From Pseudovirgaria hyperparasitica (taxonomy: Eukaryota), in assembly GCA_010093815.1 (NCBI GenBank), contig ML996566.1: 64,000 nucleotides of DNA. One strand, given 5' to 3'. This document shows positions 36,446-47,597 of the stretch, piece by piece. Positions within the stretch are counted from its first letter, which is position 1. Each line of letters starts with the position of its first letter. A program made the translations under genes and the position numbers. A model generated the notes under the pieces. The model did not search any database and had not been told where the DNA came from. It saw nothing but the letters and a program-made list of their open reading frames with translations.

Positions 36446-37049
36446 GGTGCGTGGGTGCGGGGAGGTTAGGAGCGGTCGAGTGAGCGCGGTGGGTGTGCTG
36501 GTGGTTTGGAGTCGGGGTCGAGGTCTTGTTGAGAGGAGGGTGGTTATGCGTCTGAAAGGTATGCGGATGGGTGAAGTCTTTGGGCGGAATTGTGTGAGGA
36601 GGCGAGGGGTTGTCATGAGGGTTGCATGGCTTGTTTATTTGCTCTGCTATGTCTTCCAGGTTTTTGAGCCTCACGTCAGGGCAGGTGGGTGCTGTGCTTC
36701 ATTACGTCATCAGCCGTGATGAAGCAAGCACGTGACTGAGTTTCTGCCTGGGCGCTCCAAGGCTCCAAGAAGCCATCGGATGGATGGCCCAGCTTGCTCC
36801 TCCAGACTAGAAACAAACAGTACAAGCGAGCGGGTCGGGAAGGTCGTGACAAGCCCCCAACCCCCTTGTCGGTCCGTCGTCGTGTCACGTTCCGCAGATA
36901 CAGAAAGGCTAGACAGCGTATTAATCAACATAGGAATCACAGCGACTAATTAGTAGGGATTCACCGTGAAGAAAGCGAGATGGTGGTGGTGGCTGCACGT
37001 GGTGGAGCCGGTGTACACTCTACAGGTTGGATTAGGTGCAGCTTCTAGG

Positions 37050-38088
37050 CTGTGTGCTAGATGTGTGCTAGGTGTGCTAGGTGTGCTAGGTATGCCAAGG
37101 GAAGGTTCTGCAGCAGTTGGAGCGGTAATACTAGGTACGGTACCTAGCTAGCTACGTCAGGTAAGTAGCCGCTGGACACACCACCACCCGTACAGTACTC
37201 GGTAGCTGTGAGATAACGCCACGGGAGAGAATGCAGATGACACAGCAGGGCAGGGCAGGGCAGGGCAGGCAAGGGCAAAAAGGATGTGTGTGTGAGTGAA
37301 CGAGGAGCGAGCGGACGGACGGACGGCTGGCTGGCTGGCTGGCTGGTCGGGGGGGTGTGTGTGTAATGTAGCGACGGATAATGGACGCGACACCTGGCGG
37401 CAGTGTGCGACGATGCGAGGATGCGAGGATGCGACAAAGTGACAGCCCTGCGCAGGAGAGTGTCAGGGCGGCATGTTGGTCGCAGTATGTAGTACAGCAT
37501 GGGGATGGTCGAACGGTTAGTCTCAGCACGCAGCACGCAGCACGCAGCACGCAGCACGCACCCCAGGCAGGCAGGCAGGCAGGCAGACAGGCAGACAAGC
37601 AGACAAGCGGGCAAGGGGAGGTATATCATACAACAGGACAGGACGGTCGTCGCGCAAAGGTGGATGATGACATGCATGCACGTTCGTGTTTCGAACATGT
37701 TGACCGGCGGCGGCGCAAACAGGTTTCCCAATTAATTAATGGGTTGGGGGCGAATGATGGTGTAGGGTCATTAGTTAGTTTGCACGCCGTCGACAAAGAG
37801 AGGCGGCAGTCAAACATGTAGAATAAAGATCAAGGGCACATGGTAATTTATCGCGAGAGTTGGAAAGGAGAGAAGCAAGCAGCGTGGAAGACAAAGAGCG
37901 AAAAAAGCTTGATTAAATGCTTCTGATTATAGCCCAAAGGATTTCGGCCGACGAGGTAAGGCTGGGGGCGATGGATGGCAGTGATGGAGTGATGGAGTGA
38001 TGGAGTGATGGAGTGATGGAGTGATGGAGTGATGGAGTGAGGCAGATGAAGGGATGGTGGTGGTGGTGTCAGTCACGATAGTAGCAGC

Positions 38089-38120
<32 letters not shown>

Positions 38121-39500
38121 CAGCAGCAGTAGTAGCAGCAGCCGGCAAGGTATTAAGCGAGAGCTTGGGATGTTGTTGTTGTGTCAGCAATCATCAGCAC
38201 TCAAAACCTCATCGGAAGAGCCCTGAAGAGGCTGGGGGGGCTGACGATGATGAGCGGAACGGCAGCTGCAAGTCGTTGAGGAAAGGAAGGGGCTTTTTCT
38301 GTGTCTGTGAGTGCGAGTGTGAGAGTGTGAGTGATGGGTCCCCCCCCCCCGGGTCTGCTGCGTAGATAGGTAGTAATTAGTATGGGCATTGGGTGGATTC
38401 ATTTGTGGAGAGAGAGAGCGAGAGTCCACCCTGCTGCACGCATGCACGCACCCACCCACGCATGCGGCTTTGACGAAAAGGCTGAACGGTGCCGAAGTGT
38501 AAAGTTCGCGACGATGATCTTATTGTTGTTGTTCCCATTCACATTCTAATTAGCTATTGCCGCTGCGTTTGGCGGGAGAGGAGAAAAGAGGCTAATTAGA
38601 CAGGAAAGGCCGAGCGGAGGATGGCGGGCGGGCGGGCAGGCAGCGTTTGTAGTAGTGCTGTACTGTATGTGGGAGTGCGGCACACACATGCTTCGCTTGC
38701 AATTCATCATCCGTTGGAATGGATGGATGAGCAGAAAGGACGTGTGCTCTATTATATATATCATGTACAGAATCTCCGATAAGAATGCCAGCTAGCTAGC
38801 AAGCGACCGACCGACCTAATTAATAGCTGGCTGACTGGCCGTCACCAAACACGGTAGCTATTATCTCGCGACTCGCGACAGGGACGTGGGCAGGCAGGGA
38901 GCGATATTATAATGGATGTGTGTGTGGATGGCAGATCTGGCAGGCCCCTTGCACAACAGCAGCACAGCAGCAGCCATACACCACACACCTCACAACCATC
39001 AGCACCAGGACCAGCACCAGGACCAGCACCAGGACCAGCACCAGGACCAGCACCAGATCCCCGAACCAGGCTAGCAATTAGCTCCACAGCCGCCGCAGCG
39101 TCACAAGTTCCCGCCAAAGGAAAGTAGGGGAAGTAGGGGAAGTAGGGGAAGAAGGGGAAGCGTGTCTTTTGGCGCCGCCGTGGCTTGAGCGGGACTGGTG
39201 TGTCGGACTCTCTCACTCAGCTGCTGCTTGTTGGTAATATACGGAGGATATATATAATACACACACATACACACACACATATATATATATATAATACACA
39301 CCACCACTCCACTAGGGGAGTCAGCAGTGTATTGTATTGTATATACATCTGACTGGCGACGACACTTTCATGCATCTACTGTAATTACTGTTGTTGTACT
39401 CACTTACCCACCACACACTAGCTATTAAGCCCTCCGCACAATACACACACTACACACCATACACACACTCACACACACTCACTTACTCACTTACTCACTA
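37050..39500. repeat. Dense cluster of diverse microsatellites
   Basis: (GCAGG)n, (GACG)n and (GCTG)n at ~37245-37345; (CAGCACG)n 37525-37560; (GGCA)n ~37565-37600; (GTGATGGA)x7.5 37981-38040; (GTA/GCA)n 38080-38140; (AGCACCAGGACC)n 39001-39056; (GGGGAAGTA)n ~39124-39160; (CA)n/(TA)n ~39250-39295. Confidence 0.95.
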
Positions 39501-40284
39501 ACCCCAGCCTCAACCATGCACTTTCACCCCCCTCCCAAAACCCGGTCTCTCCACCCAAACAAACTACCCTTGCGCCCTTCTTCCCTTGTTCCCCCTTGTA
39601 TCTGGTTAGTTCACATGCCAAGCCCAACGGAAGTTAACCTGTCCACGGCTCACGGTCCACCCATACAGATTCCTACCTAATGGTGTCGACACTTTTCAAA
39701 CCCTAACCTCCGCCGTCAGATGCCATCGTCTCCCGCGCGCCCTCTCTCGCTGCTGCTGCTTTCTCTCTCTCTTCTTCTTCCCTTTCTTCTCTCTTCTTCT
39801 CTTCCTCGACTGCTTCTCTTCCACCATCCTCACTTCATTCATCCTCCCAAACAATCGCCAATCTCCCATTCATCAGTCCGCCATCGCTTCGTCGCGTCCC
39901 TTTCACTACTCTCTGTCTCTCTCTCAATCCCGTGACCTTCCTAATCTGGCTCTCTTTTCTCCTTCGTTCGCTGCCTTGACAGCTGTCATAGCACTCACTC
40001 ACTCACACACACATACACACACGCACACACTTGTGCCTGCACCTCCACCTCCGTCTTGCGACGCGACTTTCGGTGCGCTCCACTGCCTCCACTCAATCAT
40101 CTCTTTCTCATCTTTACTGATTGGCCTGCCATTAGCTCACCTTCATATCACCTCTGTTCCCTCAATCGCCGACTGCTGAACCGAGGCCTCGTGCTGCCTC
40201 TCTTGAGCTCGCTCTCCCATTCTTTCGTGCCTGACGCCGTTCGAGCTTGCTTCGTCCGCTTCATCGCACACTCACAACATCATC

Positions 40285-43200
40285 ATGGCTAGCCATCAAC
40301 ATCCTTCGCCCACTGCTGTCGGCTTCCCGCCAACCCATCAACATCCTGCTCCTCCTCACGCCCAGCCCAATGGCCACGCCATTCAACATGGCCCGCAACC
40401 TCCTCCCCCAACCGGTCCCCCAAAGACACATTCACAATATCTCGGCCAATTGAATGAGCAGACATGGAACCAACTAGGTCCGTCTCTTCCTCCAACTCAC
40501 TCTCCTCACAACACATTCATCCGACTGACTGTCCTTTGTAGGTTCCATTTCCGAAAGTCTCGGCGCCCAAGACGAGGCTTCTTCATGTTACGAGCGCGCG
40601 CTGGCACACAATCCGTGGTCCATTCCTGCTCTCCAAGGTATCGCATGCGTCCTGCGTGCACAGGACAAGTTTGCGCCTGCCACAGAGTACCTGAAGAATA
40701 TTCTGAAAATGGACGGCAACAATGGCGAGGTTTGGGGAAGCTTAGGTACTGTCTCATGCATCGCCCCACCTCTCTTCTCCACGCAAGCCATTGACACCCC
40801 ACAGGCCACTGCTATCTTATGCTCGACGACTTACAACAAGCCTATGGAGCCTATCAGCAGGCCCTCTACCATCTACAGGACCCAAAGGTACTTTTCCCCG
40901 TCTTGCACTCTTTGCCCATCTTCTAGCCCAGCCCCCGCTAATCTGATCTCCAGGAACCAAAACTCTGGTACGGAATTGGCATCCTGTACGATCGCTACGG
41001 TTCGCTCGAGCACGCCGAGGAGGCCTTCTCTCAGGTGATGCGAATGGAGCCTACTTTTGAAAAGGCGAATGAAATCTACTTTCGCCTCGGTATAATCTAC
41101 AAACAGCAACAGAAGTTTTCGTCCAGTCTTGAGGTATGTTGTTCATCAATGGCTTGGTGGCTTCGCATCACCGCTTATGCTAACTTGAAACAGTGCTTCA
41201 AGTACATTGTTCACAATCCCCCTCGCCCGCTAACCGAGGAGGACATTTGGTTCCAGATTGGCCATGTCTACGAACAACAAAAAGATGCAAGTCATGACCG
41301 GGCACCGTTGAAGTAGGACCATTTACGCTGACCATGTCTACAGTATGAATCTGCCAAGGGCGCATACCGCAGGGTTCTTGACCGTGATCCGCATCACGCA
41401 AAGGTCCTGCAGCAGCTTGGCTGGCTGCATCATCAACAGAGCACCAGCTTCCAGAGCCAAGAGCAGGCTATTGAATATTTGGAGAAGTCTGTAAACTCTG
41501 GTCGGTCCTCTTACCCCGATCACCGCCCAGTCGGGAGTGCTGACCCGTACAACAGACCAGACCGACGCACAGAGCTGGTACTTGCTCGGTCGCTGCTACA
41601 TGTCACAGCAGAAGTACCCGAAGGCGTACGAGGCTTACCAGCAAGCCGTTTATCGTGATGGCAGAAACCCGACGTTCTGGTGCTCCATTGGTGTCCTCTA
41701 CTACCAGATCAACCAGTACCGCGATGCCCTCGACGCCTACTCTCGTGCCATCCGACTTAACCCGCAAATCTCCGAGGTCTGGTACGACCTAGGCACTCTT
41801 GTAAGTTTTTTTTTTGTCAACTGTCACCTGTCGCCGCGCTTGGTTGGTTGGGTGGAGGCCTTGATATGAATAACATTTATGCTAACTTGACTTTTCCCCC
41901 ACAGTATGAAAGTTGCAACAATCAGACTGCCGACGCTCTTGACGCCTACCAGCGTGCCGCTGAACTTGACCCCGGCAACGTTCATATCAAGGCCAGATTG
42001 CAGCTGCTTCAAAGTGGCCAGCCCACGAACGGCATGCCAAACCAAACCGCCCAACCTCCAGCCCCTCAAGACGTGCCTCCTTCTGCCTACCAACCTGCTT
42101 CTATGAATGGTCCCCCTGCTCCCCAATGGGGCGCCGCCGCTCCTTCACATCCTCCTCAGGGCCCCATTCCTCCCGCGCTTGGTTCGGGCAGTGACTGGAA
42201 TCGTCCTCCGGCTATTGCTGCGATTCGTGATCCACCACCACCGCCCCCACCGCAGCATGGTGGCCAGCACGAGCCCCGAGATCCCATTCGACCTCCACCA
42301 CACGCTGCCTCTCACCCGACCAGCCCGAGATACGAGCCCATGAGACAGTACCCTGACCAGCCGCCGCCGCCGCCGCCGCCGCCGCCGCGTCAAGGTCCCC
42401 CTCCTCCCAGGAGAATGTCGCCTTCACCAAAGCCGCACAACACGGCTCCGGGTGGTGGTGCATACCCAGGTCCTTCGAACCAGCCACCACCCCATCAGCT
42501 ACCGCCGCACCCACAACAACAACAGCAGCAGCAACCACCACCGCCGCCGCCGCCTCAAAATAGGATCAATAACCCTAATTACGGTCCAAACGCATCCTCG
42601 AGTGTTCCTCCGTCGGCCTCTGGCATTGCCGGCCCGCCTCCTCCACAAGGTCCCATGCCGGGATACGGTCGCATGCCAAGTCCCGGGCCTGGTCCGAACC
42701 AAGGCCCCGGCTCAATGGCTGGCCCAGGTCCAGAAATCCGGCCTCTGTTGGAACGCAGCCACAGTACCACTTCCCCGAGGGGAAACTTCCACGACCGCCA
42801 GTATCCACCTTCCAGCGGTGAGACGAATCACGGCATCGAACGTGGTGCTCCTCCTCCTGCGGCCGCTCTTGCTGCGGCGGAGTCTGCTGCACGTGAGCGA
42901 GATGATCGTACTCCTGCTGGGCCCAAGCGCATGCGTGAGTGGGAGAATGACGATTCAAACATGAAGACACCCAACGATGAGAAACGACCCCGGCTGGACG
43001 ATCCGCACGTCCGACGTCCGTCACCCCCGCACAACCGTGCTCCGACGCCGTCGTCTCGTCGTAGCCCTCCAGGCAGTGAGCAGCGTCGTCACGAAGAGCC
43101 CCCTCCTCGTCGCCCAGCTGACGACGAAGGCCATCGCCGAGAAGGCTCCTACCACCCTTCGGAAGCTGCTCATCACCCACAAGCTCTCCCTTCCATGATG

Positions 43201-43449
43201 GTCGCTGCTCAACAGCAGCAGCAGCAGCAGCAGCAGCAACCACCCTTGCCAGGACCTGCGGAGATTCCAAAGCAAGAGCCTCGCGAGCTGCACGAGCCGG
43301 CAGCCCGCAAGATGGAAATGGACGAGGACTACAGCGACGGCGGTGAAGATGAGAAGCGCAACCTCAAGTCCGAACGCAACAGTCCTCGGAGCGCCATCCC
43401 TGCAAACGGCGCCTTGCATGCACCCACACCCGTCGACCAGAAGGCTTAG
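40285..43449 (+). CDS. SSN6: General transcriptional corepressor Ssn6/Cyc8 (TPR), multi-exon
   Basis: TPR array: GEVWGSLG|HCYLMLDDLQQAY, EPKLWYGIGILYDRYGSLEHAEEAF, EDIWFQIGHV, DAQSWYLLGRCYM, GRNPTFWCSIGVLYYQINQYRDALDAYSRAIRLNP. P/Q-rich C-terminus ends with EPAARKMEMDEDY. One intron is GC-AG. Confidence 0.96.
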
Positions 43450-44177
43450 CTAGCACTGTGAGACGGCGTGTATGGCATGTATGGCATGTATGGCATGTTT
43501 GTTGTCCTGTCTCGGGGATCGTTTCTATGGTGACGGCATGTTTTCTGTTGAAGAGGGATATCTGGGGTGACGGGCGGACTTTACGGGCGGACTTGACGGG
43601 CGTTGTTTCACACAATGTTATTCTGACAATAGAGGAGAGCAAGGGAAGCGAGCGGCTTCCCGGGTGATGTCGAAATATGGTTTCGAAAGTTTTGCGGGGA
43701 GGGATTTTGAAAGATTAAGCTGATGATGGACTATTATGGCTACTGATATCCCCCATTTTCCTTGATGTAAAAAAGGTTGAAGGACCTGGTCACTCTATGA
43801 ATATGGCTTTGACATGTGCTTGTGTCGTGCTTGTGGCGTGCTTGTGTCGTGCTTCTATTGTACTTGTGTCGTCCTCGTATTGTCCTTGTGTCGTGCTTGT
43901 AACGTCCCTCTATGCAGTAGTGGCCACAGCAACAACAGACACACTTACGGCCTGGCACGAGTTCATTGAAATGCCAAGTGCTATCCTTGTTCTAGCGTGT
44001 AATATACGACCACCAGGTCTTTCTTGAAAAGGGAAATTATAAATTCAACTAAACGCCAGCCTGGCAGCTCATTGCCTCTAATCCTCCCCAAAAAAACCAA
44101 CACGTACAAACACACCCCACCCCACGCCATCCTCTCTTCCCATTCCCATTCCCATTCCCACTCCCATCCCCCAAAAT

Positions 44178-45817
44178 CTACCGCACCATCTCCTGCTGCC
44201 CCTCCGTCCCAGGCACACCCTCACCCTCACCCTCACCCTGCCCATCCCCCCTCCCAAACACCACCGCCATCGCCTCGCCCAAAATGCCCATCCCCTCGTC
44301 AATCTCCGCCTCGCTAATAACAAGCGGCGGCACAAACCGCAGCGTATTAGTGCCACACGTAATAACCAACAGTCCACGCTCCCTCGCCGCCGTGACAACA
44401 GGCGCAGGGTCAACAGTAAGCTGCAGGCCCAGAATCAGGCCTTTGCCTCTGACTGCAGCACTACCACCTTGCTCCCCATCCCCGTCAGCAGCGGCAATAT
44501 ATCCCGGAAACCGAGCCTGCAAAGCGCGGAAATGCGCGCGGAAAACCTGCTCTTTCGCGCGGACGGCGGCGTGCAAAGCCGGGTCGGACAAGCGGGAGAG
44601 GATATAATGCGCGAGCCGGGCGCCGAGCGGGTTCCCGCCGAACGTGGTGCCGTGATCGCCCGTCTGGATCTTTGAGGCGACAAACTCGTTGACGAGCGTG
44701 GCGCCGATGGGGAAGCCGTTTCCGAGGGCTTTGGCGGTGGTGAGGATGTCGGGGTGGGCTTCGCGGGGGAGGGCGCCGTGGGCCCAGAGATGTCCTGTGC
44801 GGCCGAGACCGCATTGGATTTCGTCGTAGATGAGGACGGCGCCGACGGCGGTGCAATGTTTGCGGAGAGCGAGGAGGAAGGACGGGGTGGCGGTGTGGAT
44901 GCCGCCTTCGCCTTGGATGGGCTCGACGATGACGCCGCAGGTTTGAGGGGTGATGAGGGTGGGCAGGGCGGCGATGTCGTTGAGGGTGCCGTGGGTGAAG
45001 CCCGGGACCATGGGGCTGAAGGGTTTTTGGTATTTCGGGTTGGGCGTGGCGGAGAGGGAGCCCATGGTGCGGCCGTGGAAGGAGTTTGTGAAGGAGAGGA
45101 AGTGGGTTTTGGTGTCGGCTTCTGGGGAGGAGGAGGAGAGGTGCTTGCCGACCTTGCGGGCGAATTTGATGGCTGCTTCGTTGGCTTCCGAGCCGCTGTT
45201 GCAGATGAAGGCTTTGGAGGCCGTGTGCATTGCGCCGGACTCGAGCGTCTTTTCGACGAGGCTTTTTGATAGCGCGCCGGTCCAGGGGTTGTGGTATAGG
45301 TTGGAGGTGTGGACGAGGGTTTGTGCCTGGTTGGTTGGGTTGGCTGTCAGTCTTCAATTCTCCTGGCGTATAGCAGTATGCCCTGTACGAACCTGTTGGT
45401 AGATCAGCTTTGAGAACTCGGCATCACAGTGCCCGAGAGAGTTGACGGCGATGCCGGCGGTGAAGTCTAGGTATTTCCTGTTCTCGACATCCCACAGGTA
45501 GCATCCTTCTCCCTTCTGGAACATCGGCGGCGGTCGAACATAGGTGGGGACCATGAACGGGAGCTGGGAGTTGACTATGCTGGAGGTTTGCGAGTCCGAG
45601 GGCGGATCGGGGGTTGCGAGAGCGGCATCTTTCTGTGCGAGGTATTAGCAGATATTCTTCTTCCGAGTCCAATTGGATCAACATCATCACGTACAGAGAT
45701 GGCGTTCTTGAGCGCAGATGGGAGACTGGACGCCGCTACCGATGCGGATGCATGTCTGCGCTGGGAGAAGCCTGTGGCGCTGCGGCTCAATCGTGTCGAG
45801 ACATGCCTGAGAGACAT
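44178..45817 (-). CDS. ARG8: Acetylornithine aminotransferase, mitochondrial, 3 exons
   Basis: Presequence MSLRHVSTRLSR, YLDFTAGIAVNSLGH, NSGSEANEAAIKFARK, IVEPIQGEGG, YDEIQCGLGRTG, PDILTTAKALGNGFPIGA (PLP Lys), HGTTFGGNPL. Confidence 0.96.
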
Positions 45818-45923
45818 ACTTCCTCCTACTGCCGCTCGACGACTGTGAAGCTCAGGTTCAGGTCCGGAATGGTGGTGCAATTAATCAAGCAGAGAATTCC
45901 TGAACGAACATTGGATGAGGAAC

Positions 45924-45930
45924 GAGTCAT
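45924..45930 (-). promoter_or_regulatory. Gcn4/CpcA/CPC-1 core element ATGACTC upstream of ARG8
   Basis: ATGACTC on the minus strand about 110 bp upstream of an amino-acid biosynthetic gene. Single imperfect site. Confidence 0.45.
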
Positions 45931-46373
45931 AGGGCGCCCCAATAAAAAAAACCACGCGGGCTGCATTATCGATAAGGGGTAAATACTTTAGGTCCAGCGA
46001 CTTCGGACGCCCTAAGACGAACGACGCGCCATCAGGGTTCCTGATCGTTAATCATCTGAGAAGACATGACAGATCTCTGTACGCTTCGTGCAGTCGATTG
46101 TTGGTGCTATGTATTAGCATCTCGACCGACAAAGCGCTGTGCAATGGACGATATCCCGCAGTGGCACAACAGCCGCAGTGGCTGACGTCGTCAGGTTTAG
46201 CGGGATCCGGGGAAGCCAAGACCCTCAATAACCGAATCGCATCTCCTCTCGTCCATGGCATGGAAGCATTACATGGGCTCATACGCCTCGATCTTGATCT
46301 CCTTCGTCATTGAAAGATACGCATAAGAACAGCACGAACGTGTAGTGGCTCCCCGCTACATACACCGCCTAGC

Positions 46374-47597
46374 ATGTCGACCCCAAGAGCTGGCTCCTTG
46401 GTATGGCGCTGCTCTCGAGCGTGCCTACAACCATCCTCACATCGCACATTCACAAGCACAGCTCCCCGCCCCGCGACCGTACGAATAGTGGAAGTAGGGC
46501 CAAGAGACGGACTGCAGAACGAGAAGAATGCCATACCAGTCGAGACAAAGATCTCTCTCGTCGATCGCTTGGCAGACACTGGCATCACATGTATTGAAGC
46601 CGGCTCATTCGTGTCCCCGAAATGGACGCCTCAGGTGGGTATGGACACCAAGCAGAGAGAGACACAGCATTCATAAGATGTCCAGATGGCCAACTCGTCC
46701 AGGATCCTGGAGCATGTCCTCCGACGGCCTCCCAGGTCGGCAACGCCCATAACATACCAATGGCTGCTGCCAAACGTGAAGGGACTGGAGAATATGCTGG
46801 AGATTTACGAACCATTTGCGAGCGAGGCAGGCTATCCCACACCTCCGGGCACGCCTGAGCACGATAACGGCCCTGCTCTAAACACATCCTCCCAAGACCC
46901 GAATGCGATCAAGTCTGCTCAGTCCGGCCCTGACGCGATGACCCCTCCAAAGACCGCTCCTACCGAGATCTCCCTCTTCACCGCCGCGACCGAGACATTC
47001 ACAAAGAAAAACACAAACTGCACCATCGCGGAATCGCTGGAGAGGTTCAAGCCGATCATGGCAAAAGCAAAGTCCCTGGGAATCCCTGTGCGAGCCTATA
47101 TCTCCGTGGCGTTAGGTTGCCCCTACGAAGGCCCAGACGTTAACCCAGGCGCAGTCGCCGACCTCGCCATATCGCTCCTCGAAATGGGCGCATACGAGAT
47201 ATCAGTCGCCGACACGACCGGCATGGGCACAGCGCCCAGCACCGACCGGCTTCTGAAGACTCTCTCCTCCGCAGGCATCGAGAACAGAGATCTCGCCCTG
47301 CATTTCCACGACACCTACGGCCAAGCGCTGGTCAACTCGGTCGTCTCTCTTGAGCACGGAATCAGGACTTTTGATAGCGCTGTCGCCGGGCTCGGTGGCT
47401 GCCCCTTTAGCCCCGGTGCAACTGGGAATGTCGCCACCGAAGATCTTGTACATTGCTTCCACAGCCTGGGTGTGGATACGGGTATTGATATCCAGAAGCT
47501 TGCCCGGGTAGGAGAGTGGATCAGTGATGAGGTCGGACGGCCGAATGAGAGTAGAGCTGGCAAGGCGGTGCTGGCGAAATTAAGGAAGCAGGCATAA
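46374..47597 (+). CDS. HMGCL: Hydroxymethylglutaryl-CoA lyase, mitochondrial, 2 exons
   Basis: VRIVEVGPRDGLQNE, IEAGSFVSPKWTPQ|MA (intron 46635..46685), ALGCPYEG, LHFHDTYGQAL, GLGGCPFSPGATGNVATEDL. Confidence 0.96.

Noticed and set aside
39699..39708. AACCCTAACC as an alternative telomerase template or interstitial telomere
   Set aside because: Single copy directly ahead of the SSN6 CT-rich leader, with no room for a TER downstream and no enclosing helices seen. At most a telo-box-like promoter element.
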